Assembly (NCBI RefSeq): GCF_006345805.1
Contig: NC_043010.1
Span: 3,162,001 to 3,226,000, forward strand
Reading direction: 5' to 3'
Source: Octopus sinensis
Taxonomy: Eukaryota
DNA length: 64,000 nucleotides
Shown here: in pieces, positions 1-12,958 of the stretch
Layout of the letters: every line of letters starts with the position of its first letter
Position numbering within the stretch: position 1 is the first letter of the stretch
Notes under the pieces: generated by a model
What the model saw: the letters and a program-made list of their open reading frames with translations, nothing else
Database searches by the model: none
What the model was told of the DNA's origin: nothing
Made by a program: the position numbers and the translations under genes

Positions 1-214
1 CTGTGGGTGACCAAGATGGCAGAGAACTGGCAGAAACGTTAGCACACCGGGCAAAATGCCTAGCAGTATTTTGTCTGCTGTTATATACTATTGACATATC
101 TACCACATGTACTTTCTGCTCATTTATATTAAATATTGAAATGTATTTATCTTCTACATTCATATACCATTAACATGTATTTGTTATTCTCATGTATTTA
201 CCATTCCCATACCA

Positions 215-617
215 TTTAAAGCGGAGGGAAGTTGTGGAAGAGAGAGACCCAGGAAGACAAGGGACGAAATATTGAAGGCTGATCTCAAAACACTGAACCT
301 TACAAAGGATAGGACAGAGGAGACTGAGCTATGTGGTGCATTGCTGTACTTAAGAAGGCCTGCCCACCACATGTGAATTGAAATCCTAAAACCAAGGGGC
401 CATGTAAAAAGCATTGGTGTGGGTGCTGCTGCCATGCAAAAAGTACCTAGTACACTCTATAAAGTGGTTAGCATTAGGAGGGGCATCCAGTCATAGAAAC
501 CTAACCAAAACAGACTAAGGATCCTGGTGTGACCCCTAGCCTTGCAAGTTCCTGTCAAGCCATCCAACCCATGCCAGCATGGAAAACAAATATTAAATAT
601 TGATGATGATGATGATC
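215..617 (+). mobile_element. RTE-like LINE 3' end with (GAT)n tail
   Basis: GSCGRERPRKTRDEILKADLKTLNL (cf. RGRPRKTW...DL), then the common 3'UTR and gatgatgat tail. Confidence 0.75.
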
Positions 618-1881
618 TATTTACAATTCATGTGAATTTATACTTCTAATGCATTTACTTTTCCCATGTATTTATAACTGACATGTATTCACCATTCACA
701 TGTATTTACCATTCACAGGTATATGCCATTCAATTGTGGTGGTCGGGATACCAGAACTAATAATAATCTGCTTATGTTTTTGCTGGTTTCAACAAATGTT
801 TGGGGACAAACTTATTGCTTTCTATCTAAACAGGACACAGATTGTCACTGTGTAGGACAGACTGTCATCATAGAGGACAGACATTCGATCAGTCATGTAC
901 TTAATAAAGGAAGCTAAAGTTCAGGTATTTGCCATGGCTTAACACTGCTTTAAGCCTTTCAAGAATTATAAAATGGCAGCTAAAATATATTAGAACAAAG
1001 AGTAATTATACTCAGTTTTAATACTTGGCTTAACTGACAGACTTGTCATCTCTGGCAGCAACCAGTTGCATTAAATTTATATTCACATATGCATATGAAC
1101 ATACACACATGTGTGTGTGTGTATGTGAATACATGCATACATACATTCATACCTACATACATACAAATATACACATATATATACATATATATATATTTAT
1201 AATATATATATATATATATTTACATATAAATGTTTGTACATACATACAGGCATGTATGTGTCCTTTATACATGCACACACATATATGCATATACACAAGG
1301 AATATATTAAGGATGTATATAATTCTATTGACTCACACTTTCTTTGTATTTCACCTTTACTCCTGTACTATTTAAAAAATTACGCTCTGCTGTCATTTAG
1401 ACACATGGTATTTACTTTATAAATATGGCTCTTTAAATCTTTCCAAAAAAATAATAAATCCTTTGACAGTTGAACATCGTAAAAGAGTTAATAATAAAGT
1501 ATTCACCCTTATGAATGAAAAAAAAAATCAAATGTAAAAATATATAATATTGATTAAAATTTCCAGAACAGGAAAATTGATATTTCATAAAAATCTTTAT
1601 TTAAAAATTTTTTATTTATCTATTTATTATTATTTTGAATTTTGAAAATGTTGAATTTTTTGGAATTTTCTTGAAGAAAATAAATGTATAGAATTTTGTT
1701 GTACTCCCATGATTGAAATTTCTTGAATCCTTTAATTATGTTGACCCTTTCATTCACTCTTTATAAAAGTAGGGACACAATAATTATTGAAATCTCTTAG
1801 TGATTGATTACTTGGAAAAGAAAATGTTTATCCAATCTTCTATATTAGATCTTGTAAAGACACTCAAATCTTTATTCTTAC

Positions 1882-2002
1882 CATAAGCTGATTAGATAAT
1901 CTATCATTTTGTTGAAGGTTGAAGATCTATCATAAACCCAATGCTAATGATGTTAATACCCGCTTGAGAATCTGCAAGTTTAACAAGTTCAGTGGTTCTC
2001 TG
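1882..2002 (-). other. Candidate small exon (probably non-coding)
   Basis: Acceptor tttttccctcacAG|cag and donor TATG|GTAAGA bracket 121 nt of unique sequence. Read in phase 0 it stops after 32 codons. Confidence 0.3.
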
Positions 2003-2229
2003 CTGTGAGGGAAAAATTTAAATCAAAATCTCTAGTGATGGTAACTTCAGCAGGGACAGGCAGAAGAAGAGGTGAAGTCAGTCAGTGGATGACAGCTCTG
2101 ATTTCTCAGGATTTATATATTACATGTGGTTAGCATTGGTGGTAAATAGTTTTGGTCAATTGAATTAATCATTGTTACAGTTATTTTGGTGTGTATGAGA
2201 ATGAGTGACAAAGGGATGGAAAAGCAATC

Positions 2230-2365
2230 AGACTGACAGATAGATTGATGGATAGATAGATGGATAGACAAACAGATAGATAGACGGATAAATTGACAGA
2301 TTGAAAGATAGATAGATAGATGTACAGATTGAAAGATAGATAGATATACAGATTGAAAGATATAC

Positions 2366-2420
<55 letters not shown>

Positions 2421-2580
2421 CAGATAGATAGATAGATGGATGGATGGATGGATGGATGGATGGAAGCACGGACTAATAGCTGGATGGACAGATAGATGGA
2501 TGGATGGATGGATGGACGGACTGATGGATGGACAGACTGATGGATGGATAGGTAGATAGATAGATAGATAGATAGATGAA
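2230..2580. repeat. (GATA)n/(GATG)n tetranucleotide repeat
   Basis: Directly visible. A similar tract lies at 21870-22120. Confidence 0.95.
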
Positions 2581-3059
2581 GAAAGAGAGCAAGTGGAAGA
2601 GCAAGAGTGAGGTAAAAGCATTTTGCCAGTCTGGACAAAGAGTGGGAGGATATGATAGTTTCAAGTTTAGAGTTAGGAGGATATTGTAGAATACTGAAGC
2701 GTACTGTAACACTTGGTCAGACCTACAATCAAAAGTATCATCTTTTTATCAAGCACTGCATATTACACTATCCAATATGTCCTTTCATACTATTTACAAG
2801 ATAGTAGGGTGAAATGTAAGGGTGATTATCTGCTCTTTTTAGCAGGTTGGATGATTATGTAGACGCTCCATTGTAGATTCATAAAGCGGGTATGTTTTAG
2901 AGTGGCTATACAGTGGAGGGTCAAGTGGTTACAGTCTAGAGTAAATCATACCAATGAATGGAACCTTCAGTCATAGTCACTGTCAAATGGTTAAGAAGTC
3001 TGCTTTACAACCATATGGTTCTGGGTTCAATCTCTCATCATGGCACTTTTAACAAGTGT

Positions 3060-3104
<45 letters not shown>

Positions 3105-3126
3105 GTATCATCATCATCATCATCAT

Positions 3127-3319
3127 CATTTAGCATCCGTTTTCCATGCTAGCATGGGTTGGATGGTTCAACTGGGGTCTGTGAAGCCAGAAGGCTTCAT
3201 CAGGTCCAGTCAGATCTGGCAGTGTTTCAGATCTGACTGGGCCTGATGAAGCCTTCCGGCTTCACAGACCCCAGTTGAACCGTCCAACCCATGCTAGCAT
3301 GGAAAACGGACGCTAAATG
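3127..3319. repeat. Long inverted repeat made from an RTE-type LINE 3' end
   Basis: 92-bp arms at 3127-3218 and 3228-3319, 9-nt loop, 4 mismatches. The arm matches the ...ccaacccatgctagcatggaaa...(GAT)n tail seen at 560-617 and 58660-58720. Confidence 0.95.
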
Positions 3320-4986
3320 TATATATATATATGAGTCTATGGGTCATTTGGCCTTTGTTTTTTGAAAATCCATCTGCCCAGATTCCAACATAGTTTTCAT
3401 CTTTCCAATTTCTGTCACAAGGTTATTGTCAATCTGAGTTTATGGTAAAAATATTTCTCTAGACTGCTATGCTGTGGGATTGAACCTAGAACTGCATGAT
3501 TGTGAAGCAGACATCTTAACCACTCTGCCATGACTTTACATAAGCGCACAAATCTCAAATATGCAAAAAACATATACAGCACACACACAATATACACATA
3601 TATACAAACACGGACACAGTTACATATATACACATCTGGAAACCTCTAGCACTTCAAGAGAAATAGATAATCCAAAGCAAACCCTTTAATAGGATAGCAG
3701 TTCCATAATCCTTCCAGAAGATAAGGCTGATGCTAATGGAGTTACGAGCAAAAGAAAATGCTGAAAACATTCAATCAAAATACTGAGAGAAGAAGCTCAA
3801 AATGAGATTTTCCCCTTAACAGTTTCTTGGTTTGTAAAAGAAAACAAAGATATTTCACAGACAACTCATTAAATATTAATATACTTTATAATGTATCTAT
3901 ATCTTTATACACTCAAACACTCAAACACACAGACAGACAGACAGTCAGACAGACAGACACACACACACACATAAATGAATGTATGTGTATATGTGTATGA
4001 ATGTGTGTATGTGTGTGTGTGCACGTGTATTATATATATATGATGTATATAATTATATTATACATATATATAATATATCATTATCGTTTAACATCTGCCT
4101 TATATATATATTATATATATATATATAATATAATTATACTATATATTTATATGTGCATGTGTGTGTATGTATGTATGTATATAAATATATAATTTAGTTG
4201 TAAGGATTCATTAGAATCTAGGCACATCAACATGTAGGATGCAAAAAATGTCTAGGTATAATAAGATAGAGCTCACACTGAGATAAACAACATTGAAGGC
4301 CTCAAGTGTTGGTAGATTACTGTACATAAGCAAATACCAAATCTAATTTAAACCTTGATGTGACATAGGTATAAAAACCAAACATAAATGGTATTTAAAG
4401 TTTATGACAGCTGTTTTTGTAGAATTTTATGAATGCATTAATAGAAGATAACATCAGAATTGCTGTTCTTATACTTAAATTAGAAACAATTTATTATTTT
4501 GTCATTTTCTTTCTACTCTTTTCAGCTATTGAATTGGGGCCACGATGGGGCCCTGCCTTGAAGGATTTTAGTCAACCAAATCAACCCCAGTACTAATATT
4601 TTTACATCTGATGTTTATTGCTCTCTATTGCTAAACTCCTAAGATATTGGGGCATAAACGAACCAACACCAGTTGTCAAGTAGTGGAGGAAGGAGAAACA
4701 CAGGCACAAAGACACCCGCCTATGCACACACACACACACACACATACATACAAATATATATATATATATATATTGTTCTATTATTCTATTATATGTTTCA
4801 GCCCTAAGGTTGTAGCCTTTATTTATGTATTTTTTTATGGATTTATGTATGTGTACAAAAGGCTTCCATACAGTTTCCATCTACCAAATTCACTAACAGG
4901 GCATTGGTTGTCCAAGGGCTGTAGTACAAGATACTGGTCCAAAGTGCCACACAGTGGGATTGAACACAACAATTCAGCTCACCACC

Positions 4987-5033
<47 letters not shown>

Positions 5034-5036
<3 letters not shown>

Positions 5037-5585
5037 GATGCAGTACCAGGCAGTGGCTCTCATGGCTTCTGATCTTAACTGATTGGTAGTGTTATCATGT
5101 ACATTGTTTTGTCTTGGTATAAAAGATGGGCTACAGCAAATATTCTGCTCAATACCACAGATTTGCTTGTCAGTTGTTTGACCTTAACCAGTTGAGCATG
5201 TCCCTTAGTGGCTGACGATATGTGCATCTCTGATCACAAGCAGAAGTAGTGGGGGAGCATCATAGCCATGTGTTGAGAGGGATTCTTTGGGGTTTGATTA
5301 ATTCACCTCTGGAAACATGGGTGGTTCTTTCAACATCCTTAAACAAACCTTATTCAGGGACCGTTTAAGCGGGATGGGCTACTCAACCTGAAGAAAATTC
5401 TAACTGGGCCCCACCTGCAAGGTCATGCGCTGTTTATCTTGATATGAGATCACCATGTCGCACACATATGGTTGTGATGCATGTGCCTGGTGTACCCTTA
5501 TCAGACGGGTAGTCATGATGGGTATATTGGGCTTCGTATATTTTACCCCAGTGTCACTTTGATGGCATGCACTGCTCTCTCACTC
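5034..5585 (+). mobile_element. 552-bp non-coding element inserted in (AAT)n, probably the 3'UTR of a TAA-targeting non-LTR element
   Basis: Higher-GC block with sharp borders between (AAT)n 4988-5033 and (AAT)n 5586-5770. Confidence 0.55.
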
Positions 5586-5601
5586 AATAATAATAATAAT
5601 G

Positions 5602-5641
<40 letters not shown>

Positions 5642-8600
5642 TAATAATAATAATAATAATAATAATAATTATAATAATGATAATTATAATAATAATAATA
5701 ATAATAATGATAATAATAATAATAATAGTTATTATAATAGTAATAATGATAGTAACAATAACAATAATAAAAAGAAGTGAAATAGAACCAGAGCTTGTGT
5801 TATTGGCATAATGATCCCCTACCACCAGTTGTCAAGTGGTGAAGTGGACAAACACAAATCATATAGATGTACACAAATAGATACATACTCACACATGTGT
5901 GTATGTCTGTGTTTGTGTGTGTGTATGATGGGCTTCTTTTAGTTTCTGTCTATAAAATCTACTCACAAGGCTTTTGTACAACATATATGCCCAAGGTGCC
6001 AAGCTGTGGGACTGAACTCAGAATCGTATGGCTGGGAAGCAAACTTCTTACTACACAGCCATGCCTGGAAGTGAATAGAATTTCAATAAAAGACTAAGAC
6101 CTCTGGGACTCAAACATAACGTATCTGTCTTTGGTTCTCCAGAAATGGCCAACGCCTATATACGGAAGACTTTGAGGATATAGCAGTGGAAAAGAGAAGT
6201 GCTTTAGGAGAAAAAAAAAAGCAAATAAACTATCAGTTAAGCTCCAATATATTGTGATGTCTTTCCCCACTCCATACTGAGTACTGTGTTGGTGGACCAA
6301 GTGAACTTTACTAAACAATGGTGTAATATTCAATATGAAGAAATAAAGTAATAATCAATTACCATTTATTCCACATAATAGTATAATACTACAATCATTA
6401 TTAGGTTGTTTTATTGAAATTATGAGTTTTACAATGTGATGAGAGTATCGGGAAGTGGTGGTGGTGGTGGTGGTGGTTGGAGTAGATCCATATGGTCGAT
6501 CGACTTGTGAGAATTAGTGGCTAAATCTTTCTTCCACATATTACATCCCCACCATCTTAAAAAATGAGTGAGGAAGAGGAGGTAGAGGAAGAAGCAGAAG
6601 AGGAGGTGGTGAAGGCAATGACAAAGGTTAACAGCAGCCACGATGATGATTCAAATATGCTTCATTGTTTAACTTAAATTGTTAGAGCGCCAAACAAAAC
6701 GCATTGAAATATTTTAGTTTCGGTCCTTTGCATTGTGAGTTCAAATCTTGCGGAGATCAAATTTACCTTTCATCCTTTTAGGGGTAATAAAATAAAGTAT
6801 TTTAATTAATTACTAGGGTTAACTCATATTCGTATAAAGTATCCTTATGTGTGAATAGAATTATGATAAATGACTAAGATTAGAGTTATAGTCTTCACTC
6901 TTTTACTCTTGTACTTGTTTCAGTCATTTGACTGTAGCCAAGCTGGAGCACCGCCTTTTAGTCGAGCAAATCGAACCCAAAACTTATTCTTTGTAAGCTT
7001 AGTGCTTATTCTATCAGTCTCTTTTGCCGAACCGCTAAGTTATGGAGACGTAAACACACCGGCATCAGTTCTCAAGCAATGTTGGGGGGACAAACACAGA
7101 CACACAACCACATACACACACACACACACACACACATATACATAAGTACGTACGTACATACTTACATACACACATACCTATAGGCATACACACATGCATA
7201 AGCATGTACACATATGCATACGCACATACATATACACACAAATACATACATACATGCATACATGCATACATACATGCATACATACAAACATACATACATG
7301 CACACATATACATACATACATACATACATACATACATACATACATACATACATACATACATACATGCACACGTACATACACACATACATACGTACATATA
7401 TATCATGAACTAACTGTTACTTTCTCAGATGTAGCAAGGAATTTTGTCTGTGAACAGGTCACAGTCTCAATGTGATGAAAATATTTTGGCAAATTAAATT
7501 TAAATGTTGAAGTGAATCTGACGGTTTTTGTGTTTTTCTTAAATGGCATATAAACACCTTCCACACTGCAATTGTTCTCATTTCAGCACACGATCTCAGA
7601 TCAGGTCACTTGCTATGCAAGTACATCTTCGTAATTATTTTATTACAATGTATAAATATTTTTAGAGAATATGTCAACCATGCCGTAGCTAACATTGGAG
7701 TTCAGTGCAGCCTTGCTGCATGTTAGATTTGGTCAAATGATCTAAGCCATGCCAGTATGGACAATAGACATTAAATGATAATGATGATGGTGGTGGTTTT
7801 GGTGGTGGTGATGATGATGACGATGGATGAAAGAATGAATGAAAATTGTGTTTACAGGAAAATTGCATACATTAAAAATTGTGCAGTTAACATTACCGAA
7901 AGGCTGCCAAAGGGTTAAAATATTGATTCTTAACGATCAGAATTTAAAAACGTTGCAAATATATGATCAAAGGAGAAAACAATAATGTTAAAGAAAGCGA
8001 AAAGGTGTAGAGTTAAAATAGAAGCCATATGTTAGACAGGGTTGATGTTTCCAGTGTATAGAAAACAACATCAGTGTGAAAAGTAATAAGAATTGATGAG
8101 GTGATTAACGAAGAACTTAATCAAGCATGGCACTGTAGAACACAAGTAAGTTTCTAGGTAACCAAATCAACAATCCATTTTTTTTCTTATATTCCTTGTA
8201 AAAGCCATTTGACTAGACATTTCACTTGTGCCCAGCAAACCAATTATTTATTTTTATACTAATTATGAGATTTCTCTATTTCTGTTTGAGAGCATTTTAA
8301 CCATTTTGATACCAGTCAGTCTTTAAGTATTTTCGTGTAAAAATCTTTCACTTTAACCCTTTTGATACCAATCCAACTTGAAACTCCTAGTTCTACGATA
8401 CCGATTCCTTGTTTTAAAATAAGTTAAAGCCTTCTATTAGACGTTCATATTAATTTATGTTCAAAACCAACTTACTGACAATCACTAAATTCTTTACTAT
8501 TTGCAAAATTTAATAAAACAAAAGCAGCATATGTTAACAGAAGTATAGTAACAAAGTGTTTAAAGTGCTTTTATTTAAAATACCAGTCATATGCTGGGAG

Positions 8601-11600
8601 TAATTTAATTGACTGATGCTGGTCCCCTCCAGGCTTCTTCAAGTAAAAGATTACACATAACCTCAACGGAATTTTCTTATTACCACTTGTATTGGAAGGA
8701 GTTAACCTCAATATCCACAATATATCTGTGAGTAGCATTGACCTCCGCTTTGATAGAACACTGCCATACAAATTCTATAATTAATGGTTTATGCAGCATG
8801 CCTGTCATGCTGACTAAAACAGGAAAACAAGATATTTAAATTGAAACCTTCCATCATCACTTCATGTAAGGACTTTCTGTTATGTTCCAAACACCAGCTT
8901 TATAACGAAGTAAGTTAATTGCTTTACAAAGTCTTTCCAAATTTTTGATTATTTTCAAAGTTAACTGAATCACATAGACAAATTATTTCAATAGAAATAA
9001 GGTAGAGATAGAATCAAAGCAACTCTAGTTTCCTTATCTGTTGTGGATATTTTAAAATAAACTTCACACAGAATAACTGTGACAGAGAATTCCAGCTCTT
9101 TGCATTCTGACAGTAGCAGCTATGGCAATGATTCCAAGCTGTATTGGCCCAAACTGGTAGAGCTTCTCTTATATAAATATCAGATGGCATTCATAGGTGA
9201 CTGTTAGTCTTTCTTTAAAAAAAAAGTTTGTCCTGATTAGCACATACATGCATAGATGAATGATCACCTTAGACAGATGAAGGGCTCCATCATACCAACC
9301 AAAGATCTGACTTGGCTCCAAATTTTAAGGTGTCCTGTAGTGACAGGAAGGTTTTCATTTGATGCAATAACCATTGAGGTCTGCAATTACTGGGCAAGGA
9401 ACATTATAGGGTCATTGACGTCCTACTAAGTCAAGGGTAGAGGGCTAAGAATGTCTATTTGTGACTGTATAAGCATATAAAACAATGAATGGCAGTACTG
9501 TACATACTGCTAGGTCATAGTTGTGAGGGATGACATTTATGGTACACATGAGCAAAGATTCAAATATACACGTGGCTACACACAGCCTTGTAATTATGTT
9601 AATGAGAATAAAAAGGTAAAGTCTAAAGTGGAATTTTTCAAGGAATTCCATCGGAAGTAAAAAGAATGATAAAGCTTTTGTTTACTTTTTCTTTTGTAAT
9701 ATCAAAATTCATAAGGCATGAATCTGTGACTTGTAATATATTTTGTCTGTTTTTGAAGTCATCAACCCATAATGAAACAGATAAGTGCTCAAGTAACATA
9801 AACCAGATAATAAAGATGTTGAAATATCCAGATGTGTGGCCATACAGATGCAAAACTATAAAGATTTAGCATTATGAATATAAATATGTATAACTGTACT
9901 GCAATAATAACATTGAGCAGGGAGGACTTTTATGTTTTGCAGGGTACAAGACAACCTCACTAGCGATGGTGCCACAATAACATACACCCAGTACACTTTG
10001 TAAAGCGGTTGTGGGATAAACAGAGAAAAGAACATCAAGAGAAATTTTTAGTCCTGTCTTGATGAGGATGACAACTTCTCTAGCACTGGTACCATGATAA
10101 AATGCACCCAGAACACTTAAAGATGCTGGTGTTAGGAAGAGAATCCAACTATGGAAACTGCCAAAAATGAAAAGTACAGGCAAGATTTGTTCCTCCAACA
10201 CTACTAGAAGGACATTTACTCCCAATAAGAACTGACCTAAACAGTGACAATCTGCCCAGCCCATACCAGCATGGAAAGCAGACATAAAATCATAATGATG
10301 ATGATAATGAAATAAATGTGACTCAGTGGTTAGGGTATTGAATTCATGATCCTAAATTCAAAGATTTCATTCTTAGACTGGGTAGTATGTTGTGCTTTCA
10401 GCAAAGCAATTCATTTCATCTTGTTTCTATTTACTCAGCTAAAATGCACCCAAGCCAAGTGCTGCTGCAGCTTTCTCTCCTTTCAGCTGTCATATCCTGG
10501 ATGTTCCGCTGGGTGAAGGCTAGAAGTGTCAAAAGAACATCCATGTCTGCTCATAAATATAAAAGTGCTTAAAACAATTACCCAGAACGTAGCACATACT
10601 ATTAGATTATCCTCAGTTCTAAGTGATTTAATGGTAGATTTTAATGATACAGATATACAGATGCTTTCTGGCAATGAAATGAAACTTAATATTTATAAAG
10701 ATGATTTCATCTCTGACTCTCTGTTTCTCTCTTACTTTCTAACTCTTCCCACAATATCTCTCAATCTAACTCACTATCTATTTATTACACCATCAGATAA
10801 GGCAGCAAATTGGCAGCATTGTTAGTGTGCAGGACCAAATGCTTAATGGCATTTCTTTTAGCTTAACATTTCAAGTTCAAATCTCATCAAGGTCATCTTA
10901 GCCTTTCATCCTTTTGGAGCCAATAAAATAAAGTACTGGCCAAGTATTGGGGTTGATGTAATTGGCTACACATCCCCACCCACCAAATTGCTGGCCTTGT
11001 ACCAAAATTCGAAACCATTATATTGTTGGATAGGCAGCATTTTTAGTTATCATTGAATTTCTAAAAGTTCTTTTATATTCTTTTCTACTCTAGGCACAAG
11101 GCCCGAAATTTTTGGGGAGGGAGGCCAGTTGATTAGATCGATCCCACACTGGAGGGATGAAAGGCAAAGTTGATCTTGGCACAATTTGAACTCAGCACGT
11201 AAAGACAGATGAAATACTGCTAAGCGTTTCTGCCAGCTCGCTGCATATTTTTATATTGAACACACAAAACAAAAAATCCTTAAATATACGTGCATTCTTA
11301 GTTACAGACTATATAAGAGAGTTAACTATAGTAACTTTGTATTATTACAAAACTAAATTTACCATATGGTGAACTGGCAGACTTGCTAGGCCGTGGATAA
11401 TATACCTTATGGTATATGTTTTGACCTTCTACATTCTAGTTTTAAATGCCACAGTGATCAACTTTACCTTTTATTCTTTGGAGTCAATAGATACTGTGCA
11501 GTATCTGTTTCAATCCTTTCCATATTGGCCAAGTTATATTGACTAAAGTTGGCAGGCCTTCTCTTGGATAAACATCATGTGGCATAGAAGAGGGAGATTT

Positions 11601-12553
11601 GCAGTCTCCCTTAAAAAAATTTTGCCCAGGTTTGTACATGCATGTATAGATGAATGATTGTCTTAGACTGACGGAGGCCTCCACCGTACCAATCAAAGAT
11701 CTGACTCAGTGCCAAATTTTTTATTCCAGAGACATTGCCCCTGTCTTTCTTGACAAAGAGCTATCATTAACACTAATTTTTGAAAGTTTTCATTACAGTT
11801 GTATAATTTAATTTAATAAAAATTTATCTTTGCTCACTCAATTATGTTAACCTGTGCATAACTGAAATGAATATAAGTGCATGAATGAATCGATATGATT
11901 GTCTATTGAGGGTCTCAGGCCTAACCAGCGTTCCTCTTCCATTTCTTTGGTCTTAAAGCTCTGTTTGGGATTAATAGGGTCAGTAGACTATAAGTTCTCC
12001 TTTAGGTTTGACTCCTTCAGCCTTTGCCTCTTTGCTGGTATTCCCAGGTAGAGAGTGTTTAGGCTGAGAGTCAACCTTTTCCTTGTATGGTTACCTTCCC
12101 AAGACTGCTGAGTGCAGATTGGCTGTCCATTTATACTGCTGGGGATTGGCGGTTGGGGTCGTGGCAATGGCTAGAGTCTACTTTCTCCAAGAAATATGCT
12201 TTAATAAATGCAACAGGATGTTCACTCATACTGGTTTTACAGCATGGCAGACACAAACCTGTAATTCCTATGTCCCTGTCTCATTGTTAGATAGTCAGTG
12301 GCCCTCTGTTTGGTTCATCTGTCCTTTACAGAACACCAGCAAAATTGTAAGGGCATAAAAAAAAATCAATCTTGAATTATAAAATCAATCTTGAACATAT
12401 TATAGTTTGAAAATTAAATATAAAACCTTAATCAAATTCTAGTAACATAAAAATCAACATGGAGATTTAAGTTTGCTTCCCAACCACATAGCTTCAGGTT
12501 CAATCCCACTGCATGGCATCTTGGGCAAGTGTGTTCTACAATAATTCTGGATA

Positions 12554-12958
12554 GGTGCAGGAGTGGCTGTATGTTAAGTAGCTTGCTTACCAACCACATG
12601 GTCCCCGGGTTCGGTCCCACTGCATGGCACTTTGGGCAAGTGTCTTCTACTATAGCCTCAGGCTGACCAAAACCTTGTGAGTGGATTTGGTAGATGGAAA
12701 CTGGAAGAAACCTATCGTATATGTATATATATGTGTATATATGTGTGTATATGCTTGTGTCTGTGTTTATCCCCCCAACATCACTTGACAACTGATGCTG
12801 GTGTGTTTATGTCCCCATAACTTAGTGGATCGGCAAAAGAGACCAATAGAATAAGTACTAGGCTTACAAAGAATAATCTCTGGGGTCGATTTGCTTCACT
12901 AAAGGTGGTGCTCCAGCATGGCCACAATCAAATGACTGAAGCAAGTAAAAGAGTAAAA
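12554..12958 (+). mobile_element. tRNA-derived SINE with internal (TA/TG) microsatellite
   Basis: A/B-box-like head (gtggctgtatgttaag...gggttcggtccc), ttgggcaag motif, tail gctccagcatggccac...gactgaa. Many other copies in the window (e.g. 15140, 16950, 34850, 41972 on +; 4505, 6895, 21650, 35465 on -). Confidence 0.9.

Noticed and set aside
3243-3265. CTGATGA-AGCC-ttcc-GGCT hammerhead-like start
   Set aside because: Followed by TCAC rather than GAAA, so the core is incomplete.
10582-10667. Minus-strand 86-nt exon candidate for the Pcdh tail
   Set aside because: Stop at codon 9 in the required phase 0 and no recognisable motif.
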